Assembly (NCBI GenBank): GCA_963755025.1
Contig: CAVWIH010000012.1
Coordinates: 1 to 64,000, forward strand
Length of the DNA stretch: 64,000 nucleotides
From: an uncultured Actinomycetes bacterium
GTDB lineage: Bacteria; Actinomycetota; Thermoleophilia; UBA2241
Direction: 5' to 3'
Shown: one piece after another, positions 28,160 to 38,077 of the stretch
How the letters are laid out: the number at the start of each line of letters is the position of its first letter
Position numbering within the stretch: position 1 is the stretch's first letter
The notes under the pieces: generated by a model
The model's input: the letters and a program-made list of their open reading frames with translations, nothing else
Database searches by the model: none
What the model was told of the DNA's origin: nothing
Translations under genes and position numbers: made by a program

Positions 28160-31115
28160 GTGCCGCCGTCGCCCGAGACCTCGAACACCCCGCCGCCGCA
28201 TCTCTACTTCAACGTCCCTCCTGAACCGTCGCACCTGCTGCGCGCCCGCGAACGGCTGCGCGACTACCTGCGTCAGTACTGCACCGAGCAGCGCGTGATC
28301 GACGACCTCGTGCTCTGCGTCGAGGAAGCCTGCACCAACGCCATCCGCCACAGCGGCTCCGACGCCGACATCGCGATCTCGCTCGCCTTCGATGACGGCC
28401 TCCTGGCGGCCACCGTCAAGGACCGGGGAGCGGCCTTCGACGTGGCGCGCTTCGACCCGGCGGCCACGCCCGACCCGACCGTCGACCACGGCCGCGGCCT
28501 CTACATCATCGCCGCCCTCATGGACTCGCTCCGCCTGGTCGTCGACGGCGGTCTCGAGGTGCACATGGCGCGCCGGGCGGTCCCCAGCTGCGCGCCCACC
28601 GCGCTCGAGTCGGGCATCGGCGGACAGGCCGGCAACGCCGGTCATCGCGACGCCCGCACCCGAGCCATGCTCGAAGAGATCGACGAAGCCTTTCTGGCCT
28701 TCGACTGGGAGTACCGCTGCCGTGCACGTCAACGGCGCCGCCCTGCGCCTCACCGGCAAGTCGCGCGACGAACTGCTGGGTCACACGCCCTGGGAGGTGT
28801 TTCCGCAGTTGCGCGAGAGCCCGCTCGCCGAGCACTACCGGGCGGCCATGGAGCTCGGCATGCCTTCGGTCTTCGAGCACCGTTCGGTCGCAAGCGGCGA
28901 CTGGCTCGAGGTGCGCATCTACCCGACCGAGGCGGGGGTCAGCGCCTACTACCGCGAGATCGCGGAGCGCAAGGCCATAGAGCAGGAGGTCGTAGCCACC
29001 AAGGCCGAGCTCGCCGCCACGCTGGCCGCCATCACCGACGGGTTCTACACGCTCGACCGCGAGTGGCGCGTGACGTACCTGAACGACAAGGCCGCCACCG
29101 TCTTCCCCGGCGGCAAAGAGGCGCTCGGCGGCGACTTTCGGGAGCTGTTCCCCGACGCCGCCGGCAGCGAGTTCGAGAGCAACAAGCGCCGCGCCATGGA
29201 GCTCGGCGAGGTCCGCGCCTTCGAGGCCTACTACCCCGCGTTCGACACCTGGTACGAGGAGCGCGACTACCCGAGCGAGCAGGGCATCACGGTGCTGTTC
29301 ACCGACATCGGCGAGCGCAAGCGCATCGAGCTCGAGCGCGACCGGCTGCTCGCCCGCGAGCACGAGGCCCTCGAAGCCCGGGTCGTCGCCGAGCGCAGCG
29401 CGCGCCACGAGCTCGAGACCGCGAGCCTGCTGCTCGAAGCGGCGACGGCGGCGGCCTCGTGGGCCGACCTCGACCAGATGCTGGGCGCGCTCGGCGACCT
29501 TCTGCTGCGCTCGATCGACCACGAGCGTATCCTGCTCGAGCTCTGGGACGCGGACGCCCGCGAGGTCGAGATCGCCGTCTCGCGGGGCTCCGCGGCGGCG
29601 CCCAGGGAGCGCTTCGCCTTCGACCGCATCTCGGACGGCGCCAAACGGGCGATCGCGACCCAGACCACGGTCGTGATCGACTACGCCCAGACCGGACTGC
29701 CCGAGCCACAGAAGCAGTACGTCGACGAACACGCTTTCTTGCTCATGCTCGTCGTGCCCATGGTCTACCGCGAACGCCTTGTCGGACTCATCACCGTCGA
29801 TCAGCCCGCGGAGCACCGGGAGTTCAGCGCCCGTGAGATCGAGCTGGTCGAGGCCTTCGCGGCCCAGGCCGGCGCCGCCATCGCCAACGCCAGGCTCTAC
29901 GGCGAGTCACTGCAGCGGGCCCGGCTGGCCGAGGCGCTCAACGACATCGGCGACCTCATCCACTCGACGCTCGAGTTCGACGACATCATGCGGCGCGCCA
30001 TGGAGCGCGGCGTGCGCACGCTCGGTTCAGACGCTGGCGCGATCGAGATGCGCGAGGCCGGCTCCTGGGTGGTGCGCTACCAGTACGGGTTCTCGGCCGA
30101 CGACGTGGGCCTGCGTCTGGCCGACGCCGAGGCGCCGAACGCCATGGCCGCCGAACGCCGCAAGAGCCCGGTGGTGATCGCCGACCTGGCCGCCGACGCC
30201 ACCCTGAACGTGGGCTTCGTCAAGGCGCACGCGCTCAGGTCGGTGCTGGCGGTGCCGTTGCTCGTCAGAGACACTGTGATCGGCTGCCTGCTGTTCTACG
30301 GCCGCGAGACGAGGGTGTTCGACGAAGCCGAGATCGACTTCGCCCGCAAGCTCGGCACCACCGTATCGTTCGCCATCGAGAACGCTCAGCTCTACGCCGC
30401 CCAGCAGGGCATCGCGCTCACGCTGCAGGAGCACTTCCTGCACCCGCTGCCCACGGCCCCGGGGCTCGAGTTCGCCGCGGTGTCGGCCACCGCCTTCGAG
30501 CCCTCGCTGGTGGGCGGCGACTTTCACGACGCCTTCCCCTTGCCCGACGGACGACTGTTCCTCGTCATGGGCGACGTGATGGGCAAGGGTGTGCGGGCGG
30601 CGGGCCTCACCGAGACCACGCGCACCGCCGTGCGGGCGGTGGCGCTCACCCTGCCGTCGCCGTCGCCGGGCGCCGTGCTGGCCCTCGTGAACCGGCTCAT
30701 CACAAGCGAGACCGACCAGCTCGTCACGACCTTCCTAGCCCTGCTCGACGTCACGACGGGCGAGGCCCGCCTGGCCAGCGCCGGCCACCCCCCGCCCGTG
30801 CACCTGGCGGCCGGCGGCGCGACCGAACTGATCGCCCTGAAGTTCGGTCCGCCGCTCGGCGCCGCAGAGCGCGTCTATCCCGAAGGCCGGCTGTGCCTGG
30901 CGCCCGGGGACGCGCTCGTGCTATATACCGACGGCGTCACCGAAGCGCGCCGCCGCGGCGAGCTCTTCGGCGAGGACCGGCTGGTGCGCACGCTCGCGGC
31001 CGCCGCCGACAGGAGCCCCCAGGTGCTGGTCGACGCGGTGCGCGACGCTGTGGCCGCCTTTGCCGACCGCCTCACCGACGACGTCGACGTGCTCGCCCTG
31101 CGCCGTCTGGGGTAG
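28160..31115 (+). CDS. Second RsbW-like HATPase - PAS - PAS - GAF - GAF - PP2C (SpoIIE) regulator; frameshift near 28720
   Basis: AAGGAG RBS; HLLRARERLRDYL...EEACTNAIRHSGS...HGRGLYII; C-terminal VGGDFHD, GDVMGKG, SAGHP, LYTDGV, DDVDVL; TATACT -10 box near 28076. Confidence 0.92.
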
Positions 31116-34100
31116 GCGTCGGCGCGAGCGCCTGCGAGCGTGCCCTGCGGCCGCGCAACCCGCCGGCGACCAGCGCCGCCCCGACTCCCGACGCGAGCAC
31201 GGCCCACAGGATCCAGGCATGGCTCGGCGCGCGCGGGTCGATGATCGTCGCGTCGTTGGGCTTTGTGGTGAACGGGTCGTCGGTCACGATGGGCCTGGTC
31301 TGGTCGCTGCCGGCGCGCGCCTGGTTGGCGATCTCCGAGCCTCCAGGTGTGTCGGCGTCGATCACCGTGTGGAAGCTGACCGTGACCTTGCGCCCCGGCG
31401 CCAGGTTCGGGATGGTCCAGCGCATGTGGGGCGCGCCCGTATCGTCGCGGCCGGGACCTCTGATCGAGCCGGCCTGGTAAGTCTGCCACTTGCCCACGGT
31501 GTCGGTGACGAGCACGTTGGTGAGCGGCGCCTGGCCGACGTTCTTGACCACGATCTTCCAGCCCACGATGTCTCCGGGAGCCGGAGTCCCGCCGTTCAGA
31601 TCGGCGCCCGTCTTTAAGGCGGTCATCCTGGCCGTGAGGTGGATGCGCACGTCGGCCGTGTCCTGGACCGAGGCGACCGGGTCGAGGTATTCGTCGATGG
31701 CGCCGTCGACGCTCGCCGTGTTGACCACCGTGCCGCTGTAGCGGCGGGCGGTGAACTTGACGGCGACCGTGATGGACCGGCCCGGCGCCAGGACGCCGGC
31801 GCCGGTGAGGTCGGTCCAGGTGAGCGTGCCGGCCGGAGCCGTGGCCTGCGGCGCAGGTGAAGCCGACACGAACTGCAGGGCCGAGCGGTCGTAGGTGTCG
31901 GTGAGCGGTACGGTCGCGAGCGCGGTGTCGCCCGTGTTGGTGACGACGATCGTGTAGCGGATCGGGTCGCCAAGGCCCACGGTGGCCGGCTGGCCCTTGG
32001 CCAGCGACTTGACGATGCCCACGGAGGGGTCGGTCGTCGCGGGCTTGACCACCGTGATGGCGGCGGCGTCAGTGGGCGACGTGAGCGCCGCCCCGCCGCC
32101 GTCGGCGCCGGTCGCTGCGGCGACGTTCGTGTAGTCGTCGAGCGCGACCATGCCGACGTGCATGCGATAGGTCAGGGTGAGCTGCTGGCCCGGGGCCAGC
32201 GTGGCGTGCAGGTCCCAGGTGAGGTGGGACCCGGCGGTGACGGCGGGGTCGGCCGTCGAGGAGCCGCCCGGCCAGACGGCGCTCGTGCTGCCGGCGACAT
32301 AGGAGAAGTCGCCCACCGGCAGCACGTCGTTCACGGCTACGTCGCTCGCCGGCGCGTCGCCTGAGTTGGTGACGACCACGCTGTAGGCGACGTCGTCGTA
32401 GCGGTTGACCGTGGCGTCGCCCACGACCGCCTTGGCGACGGTGAGCGCCGGCGCCAGTGTCGTGACCATGGCGTCGTCGCTCACGGGACCGTAGGTGCGC
32501 GCCCCGGCGCCGGCCAGAGAGGCGCCCGTCACCGAGGCGACGTTCGTGAGCTCGCGGCCGCTCGTCACGCCGCCATCGACGCGCGACACCATGACGATGG
32601 TGATGACGGCGCCCGGGTCGAGCGTGACCGTCGGCGCAAAGCTCAGCGTGACCGGGTCGCCTGAGGTGTCGGCGATGTAATCGGCGCCGGCGATGAGCGG
32701 CACGCCGCCGATGCTCACCGAGGTGATCACCGGACTGGCGCCGGCGGCGAACAGCTCGACCGGCACCTGGTCGCTGACCGCGAGGTCGTGGGCGGGGCTC
32801 GTGCCGTCGTCGCCGAGCTTCACCGTGAAGGTCACGGGGTCGCCGGGGCCGGCGCTCGTGGGGTCGGCGTCCTTGCTGATCGTCAGGTGCGGCTCGACGA
32901 TCGTCACGTCGGAGGCGGCGGCGTCGTTGTGGTGCGCGCCGGCGGGGCCGTCTAAGTAGTCGAGGTCGGCCACGTTGTGCAGCACGTCCTGGCCGCTGCC
33001 GAGCCCGGCCGGCAGGCCGCTCAGCGGCGCGCCGTCGTGGTAGGTGTCGTTCACGGTCACGGCGACCTGCAGCGTGGGCGTCGTGGGCGGCGCGCCCTGC
33101 TGCCAGACCGGCGGCAGGGTCCAGGTCACTGTGGTCGTGCCGTCGGGGTTGGCCGCGTAGGCGGTCGTACCGACGGTGGCTGCGGTACCGGTGACGCTGA
33201 GACCGTCCGGCACCGTGTCGGTCACCGTACCGCTGTAGAGCGTCGTGCCGTCCGGTACGTTCAAGCCCACCGTGTACTGGAAGCTCTGGCCGATCGTCGC
33301 GACGCCGCCGGGAGCGTCGTTGGTCTTTGTAATGCCAGCCTCGGCCATGGTCAGGCTGTCGCTCGCGTCGGTCCCGTAGGTGCGCTCGCCGGCGACGTCG
33401 CCCGGCATGCTCGTGTAGCTCGTCTGGGCGGCGTTGGTATAGGTGGCCCCCGGCGCCGGAGCGGCGGGGTCGGGCGGCTGCACGAAGGCGTTGCGATAAG
33501 CGATCGTCAGCGTCTCGCCGGGCGCCAGGTCGGTCCGCGAGCTCAGGTACTCGATCTGCAGCGTCGTGCCGCTGTAGCTGACCGCGTAGTCGCTGCCGGG
33601 CGCAAGCACGCCGTTGGTCGAATGGGTCACCGTCACGTTCGTGGCGGGCGCAAAGCAGGACGGCGGCGTGTCGACGAAGTCGTAGCCGGCGCCGTCTTCG
33701 TAGGCGGTGGCCCAACCTGAGTTGGCGATCACCACGGAGCTGTCGACCGGCGTGGCCGCAGAAGCGGGAGCGTGCGTGCTGAAGCTCTTGGTCATGGTCA
33801 GCACGGGCTGGTCGATCGTCTCGGTAGCGTTCGCCTGGGAGCTGTGCGGCCCGACGCCGTCGGACCAGGCGAAGGTCGCCGTGTCTACGGACGTGGCGGG
33901 TCCGGCGGCGGCGTCCCACAGCCAGGCGCCACCGTCGGTCTTACCGGTGACCTGCATCTGGAAGGTCAGGTCGAACACGTAGTCGGTGTCGCCCTGGGGG
34001 CCCGGATCGGCGTTGTCGATCGCGCCCGCGAGGGCGAAATCGAGCGTGGAGCCGGGCGCAGGGTGGGTCGTGTCTTCGGTCACACCGGTGAGCGCGGCTG

Positions 34101-37100
34101 CGGTCTGGGGGTCGCCGCTCACGTAGGTGATGGCCGCCGAGCCCGGCACGTAGCGCAGGCCGTCGGTGGCGATGACGTCGGTCAGGGAGGGCGCGTAGGC
34201 GACCGTCTCGGCGGGCACGGTGACGCGCACGGTGTAGGTCAGCGTCTCGCCGATGCGCGCCGTCGCCGGGCTGACGTCTTTGGTGAGGGCGGCGTCGCGC
34301 GTGGTGATCGAGGCGAAGCTCGTGTCGAGGGTGTAGTTGGTCTCCTGCGGACTGTCGTCGTAGACGCGCGAGCCTGCCGGGGCGCCGTCCTTTGAGGCCC
34401 AGTCGACGTCGGCGGTATTGACCAGCGTCGCGCCCGAGCCGACGTCGTCGCGCACCTGCGCCGTGAACGCCACGACGATCGAGGCGCCGGGGGCCAGCGA
34501 GGTACGGCTCGTGCCGCCGTCGAAGTCGATGGTCTGCGGAGTCGCGGCGAAGTCGGCGGCGTAGTCGACGCCCGGCGTGAGCGCCCCGCTGGGTCCGGTC
34601 ACCGACAGCAGCTGCGGCGCTTCGAGCCCGGCCGGCAGGCTGTCCTGCCAGGTGATGTCGTAGGCGGTGCTCCAGCCGGTGTTGGTGATCGTGGTCTGGT
34701 ACTTGACCTGCGAGCCGCCTGCGTAGGGGCCCGTACTGGTCACCGTCTTGACGAGCGTGAGCAGCGGCTGGTCGACGTTGCTCTGCACCAGGGCCGACTG
34801 GGCGTTACGGTCGGTGGCGGCCGGGCGCACGGGCGGCTCGGTCGTGTTCCAGTACACGCGGCCGCGGTCGCCGATCTGGTCGCCGGCGGTGGCCGGCCAG
34901 AACTCCCAGGAGCCGTTGTCTTCGAGCCCCGTGACCAGCACGCGGAACGTGAGCTTGAACACGTAGGGCGTGGTCTGGCCGCGGTTGTCGACAGGGTCGG
35001 CGAGCGGCCAGGTGAAGGTCGTCGAGTTGCTGCCGGCTGTGTTGACCGCTGGCGCGAAGCCCGCGGCGAAGGCGGCCGGCGAGTCCGGCGTGCCGGAGAC
35101 GTCCTGCAGCGACGGTTGCAGGCTGGGGTCCCAGGCGAGCCCGTCCCTGTTGACCACGTCCTGGATGCTCGGCCAGTAGCCGATCTCGCCCTTGGGGACG
35201 GTGACCTGCAGCGTGTAGGTGAGGGTGTCGCCGACGGTCACCGGCGTCGTCGGTGCGGCGGTCTTGGTGACCAGCAGGTTGGCGAGGCTCACCGTGGCGG
35301 CGTCGGTGTTCGGGTCGGCCACGTTGTTCGTGCCCGGCGTCGCCCGCCCCGAGCCGTCGGCCTGGGTGTTGTAGCCGACCGTGGCGAGGTTGGTGAGCGT
35401 CGCGCCCGCGACGCCGCCGCTCGTGTCCACTGTGGCCGTGTAGACCAGCGTCAGCGTGGCTCCCGCCGGGATCGCCGTGTGCACGGCGCCGGTCTCGAGG
35501 TCGACGCTCAAGACGCCGGTCGCAGGGTCGTAGACCGGCGTCGTCACGTAGTCGACGCCGGGCGCAAGCGCCGTGCCGTCGAGCGTGACGGAGTCGATGG
35601 TCGGGGTCGCCAGGCGCATGCCCACCGGCAGGGTATCGGTGATCAGGACGTCGCGCGCGGCGGCGTGGCCAGAGTTCACGATGGTCGTCGTGTACGTGAC
35701 GTGATCGCCCGGCAGCAGACCGCTGGTGGGGGTGGCCTTCTTGGTGAGCGTGAGCAGCGGCGCGGTGTAGTCGACGGTCGCCGCGGCTCTGTCGGAGTAC
35801 TGGGCGCCGAACGTGTTGACGCCGGTGAGCTGCCAGAGGTTGTTGGCGACGACGCCGTCGGCGACGGCGGCGACGTCGTCGACGTGGGCGGTGAACGTCG
35901 CCTGCCACCAGCCGGCCCGGGCGACGTTGCCCAGGTACCATTGCAGGCCCTGCATGCCGCCGAGGCTGACGATGGTGGGCTCCCCGGTGACGTTGAGCGG
36001 CGGCGCGCTGCCGCCGGGATCGGTGAAGTCGCCGGCGCTCGACGGCGTCACCACAAGGTCGTCGCTGTAGCTCATGCCCGGCGGCAGCCAGTCGGTCACC
36101 GCGATGTTGCCCATGGCGATGTCGGAGTTGGTCGGCGTCAGGCCGTCGGTGGTGTTGAAGCGCACCCGAAAGCGCACCGTGTCACCGACCGTGCGCGAGG
36201 TCGTCTGCACCCACGTGCCCGAGCCGGGCGGGTCCTCCTCCTGCTTGCTCACGAGCGGCAGCGAGGTGCTGAATCCGGCCGCGGCGTGCGAGGTGCTGGT
36301 GCCGTTCGCCCGGGTCGCGTCGACCTGGTCGGCCCACGTGCCCGAGACGTCGGCGTTGTTGGTGAGTGAATCGCCGGCGATCACCGGCAGACCCCCGATC
36401 ACCGGTCCGCGCCAGGTGTCGTCGACGGTCGCCGTGAAGGTGATGGAGGCGCCGGACCCGGGCGCGAGCGCAGCGAGCGCGGTACCGTCCCAGATGAGCG
36501 TGGTCGTGCCGTCGGAGTTGGGCCACACCGAGCTCGGCGCGGGCGTCGCGTCGTCGTTGTACGACTGGCCGTCGGGCAGCACGTCGGTGACGGTGATCGA
36601 GTCCGGGGCCTGCTTGAGGATGGCGTAGTACTGCGAAGCAGAGTAGGTGAGCGTGTAGGCGACCACCGTGCCGTTCCCGCCCGACGTTGGGCTCGCCGAC
36701 TTGGCGATGGTCAGGTAGGCGGCGGTGACCGGAGACGACGCTGTGTCGGTCACCGGCGTCCCCTGGTAGGTGGCGGTCAGGTCGGCGGTGTTGACGAAGG
36801 TCGTCTTGTCGGCGATGGGCGCGCCCAGTCCCGGCGTGCCGCCGAAGTCGGCCGTGGGGCGGTCGGTGCCGCCGTCGTCGGTGCCGTAGTAGTCGTAGCG
36901 GATGCCCGCCGCGTAACGGATCGTCTGCACCTGCGCGGCGCTCATGGCGCCCAGGCTCCAGCGCACCGTCGTCACCCCCGTCGCGGGATCGCGCCGCGGA
37001 TACCCGGCGTCGGGGGCCGGTCCGCTGGTGACGCCCAGGAACTCGAGGCCGTCGGGCAGCGTATCGGTGACCACCACGGCGCCGGTCGCGTTCACGTAGT

Positions 37101-37773
37101 TGTTCTGCACGTTCAGGCTGTAATGGAAGACCCGCGCCTCGGTGCCGGTCGCCTGCTCCACGCCGGTCGACTGCTCGGTCGTCTTGCTGATGAGCTTGAT
37201 GGGCAGGACGGGGTCGGAGTCGCTGGCGCTGCCTGAATAGACGGCCCCGGTGCCGTTGGGGAACTGCGCCACGGTGGCCGTGACGGTGTCGTTCAGCAGG
37301 TCGTTGACGCGCCAGCTGGGGTCGCCCGAAAGGTCGACCGTGAAGGTCAGGCGATAGCTCTCGGTGGGCGCCAGGTCCCTGATGTTGAGGAACTGGATCG
37401 TCGTGTCGCCGGTGATGGCGCTGGTGGCCACCGAGGTCGGATAGGCCGCGCCCGATGCATCCTGAGCCGAGACGAAGCTGACCGTGCCCTGCGGGTTGGG
37501 GCGGCTGCTCGAGAGCACGTCGACGAGGCTCAGGTTGTAGGCCTTCGTGTCGCCTGAGTTCTGCACCGTGACGGTGTAGGTGGCGGTCCCGCCGAGCAGC
37601 GGCGGCGCGGTGGCCGTCTTGGTGACGGTCAGCTGCGCGGCGGCGTGAGCGCTGGCGGGCAGCGCCAGGGCGCCCAGGACGGCCAGCGTCGCCGCGACCC
37701 CGAGCCACGAACGACGCCCAGGGCGCCGGCCGCCTCGCACGTCGGAGCGGCGAACGAGCCGAAAAGATGCCAC
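31072..37773 (-). CDS. Giant surface protein (~2230 aa) with about 14 DUF11 / isopeptide-pilin-like Ig domains and C-terminal membrane anchor
   Basis: GGAGGG RBS before GTG at 37773; signal peptide ending AHA-A; repeated L.vtK......G..v.Ytv.v.N.G...A.dv.v.D.LP.Gl.....N.A; C-terminal WILWAVLASGVGAALVAGGLRGRR. Confidence 0.88.
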   Translation of the reverse strand: MASFRLVRRSDVRGGRRPGRRSWLGVAATLAVLGALALPASAHAAAQLTVTKTATAPPLLGGTATYTVTVQNSGDTKAYNLSLVDVLSSSRPNPQGTVSFVSAQDASGAAYPTSVATSAITGDTTIQFLNIRDLAPTESYRLTFTVDLSGDPSWRVNDLLNDTVTATVAQFPNGTGAVYSGSASDSDPVLPIKLISKTTEQSTGVEQATGTEARVFHYSLNVQNNYVNATGAVVVTDTLPDGLEFLGVTSGPAPDAGYPRRDPATGVTTVRWSLGAMSAAQVQTIRYAAGIRYDYYGTDDGGTDRPTADFGGTPGLGAPIADKTTFVNTADLTATYQGTPVTDTASSPVTAAYLTIAKSASPTSGGNGTVVAYTLTYSASQYYAILKQAPDSITVTDVLPDGQSYNDDATPAPSSVWPNSDGTTTLIWDGTALAALAPGSGASITFTATVDDTWRGPVIGGLPVIAGDSLTNNADVSGTWADQVDATRANGTSTSHAAAGFSTSLPLVSKQEEDPPGSGTWVQTTSRTVGDTVRFRVRFNTTDGLTPTNSDIAMGNIAVTDWLPPGMSYSDDLVVTPSSAGDFTDPGGSAPPLNVTGEPTIVSLGGMQGLQWYLGNVARAGWWQATFTAHVDDVAAVADGVVANNLWQLTGVNTFGAQYSDRAAATVDYTAPLLTLTKKATPTSGLLPGDHVTYTTTIVNSGHAAARDVLITDTLPVGMRLATPTIDSVTLDGTALAPGVDYVTTPVYDPATGVLSVDLETGAVHTAIPAGATLTLVYTATVDTSGGVAGATLTNLATVGYNTQADGSGRATPGTNNVADPNTDAATVSLANLLVTKTAAPTTPVTVGDTLTYTLQVTVPKGEIGYWPSIQDVVNRDGLAWDPSLQPSLQDVSGTPDSPAAFAAGFAPAVNTAGSNSTTFTWPLADPVDNRGQTTPYVFKLTFRVLVTGLEDNGSWEFWPATAGDQIGDRGRVYWNTTEPPVRPAATDRNAQSALVQSNVDQPLLTLVKTVTSTGPYAGGSQVKYQTTITNTGWSTAYDITWQDSLPAGLEAPQLLSVTGPSGALTPGVDYAADFAATPQTIDFDGGTSRTSLAPGASIVVAFTAQVRDDVGSGATLVNTADVDWASKDGAPAGSRVYDDSPQETNYTLDTSFASITTRDAALTKDVSPATARIGETLTYTVRVTVPAETVAYAPSLTDVIATDGLRYVPGSAAITYVSGDPQTAAALTGVTEDTTHPAPGSTLDFALAGAIDNADPGPQGDTDYVFDLTFQMQVTGKTDGGAWLWDAAAGPATSVDTATFAWSDGVGPHSSQANATETIDQPVLTMTKSFSTHAPASAATPVDSSVVIANSGWATAYEDGAGYDFVDTPPSCFAPATNVTVTHSTNGVLAPGSDYAVSYSGTTLQIEYLSSRTDLAPGETLTIAYRNAFVQPPDPAAPAPGATYTNAAQTSYTSMPGDVAGERTYGTDASDSLTMAEAGITKTNDAPGGVATIGQSFQYTVGLNVPDGTTLYSGTVTDTVPDGLSVTGTAATVGTTAYAANPDGTTTVTWTLPPVWQQGAPPTTPTLQVAVTVNDTYHDGAPLSGLPAGLGSGQDVLHNVADLDYLDGPAGAHHNDAAASDVTIVEPHLTISKDADPTSAGPGDPVTFTVKLGDDGTSPAHDLAVSDQVPVELFAAGASPVITSVSIGGVPLIAGADYIADTSGDPVTLSFAPTVTLDPGAVITIVMVSRVDGGVTSGRELTNVASVTGASLAGAGARTYGPVSDDAMVTTLAPALTVAKAVVGDATVNRYDDVAYSVVVTNSGDAPASDVAVNDVLPVGDFSYVAGSTSAVWPGGSSTADPAVTAGSHLTWDLHATLAPGQQLTLTYRMHVGMVALDDYTNVAAATGADGGGAALTSPTDAAAITVVKPATTDPSVGIVKSLAKGQPATVGLGDPIRYTIVVTNTGDTALATVPLTDTYDRSALQFVSASPAPQATAPAGTLTWTDLTGAGVLAPGRSITVAVKFTARRYSGTVVNTASVDGAIDEYLDPVASVQDTADVRIHLTARMTALKTGADLNGGTPAPGDIVGWKIVVKNVGQAPLTNVLVTDTVGKWQTYQAGSIRGPGRDDTGAPHMRWTIPNLAPGRKVTVSFHTVIDADTPGGSEIANQARAGSDQTRPIVTDDPFTTKPNDATIIDPRAPSHAWILWAVLASGVGAALVAGGLRGRRARSQALAPTPTPDGAGRARRRRR

Positions 37774-37862
37774 AAGACCCTCCACAGGCGTTTGCCAAGG
37801 CTCGCGGAGCGCCGCCATGCGTGAGTCCCCGGAGTCGCTCGCTGTTAGCTTGAGTACGACGA

Positions 37863-37890
37863 CTATCGACAGCGATGAGTCGCACCTTGA
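37863..37890 (-). promoter_or_regulatory. Sigma-28/WhiG-like promoter of the giant surface protein
   Basis: Minus strand TCAA-N16-GTCGATAG, about 90 nt upstream of the start. Confidence 0.55.
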
Positions 37891-38077
37891 CGTCCGGCAG
37901 CCATAGTGCGCTCGTGGGGCCGCAGCGAGCCGGCCCGCGGTAGCCGACACGCGCGCCCAGACCCGCGCCGCGCGCCCGGACTCGCGGCTCGCGCCCGGAC
38001 CCCCGCCTCCGCCCCGCTCCCGCCGTCGCTGCGACGTGGTATCCTCAGCCGCAGGAGATACGAACAGGAGTTCGCTC

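Noticed and set aside
37774-37860. c-di-GMP-I riboswitch (GGCAAAC seen on the minus strand)
   Set aside because: The following GNRA-capped stem and GCAAAG elements are missing.
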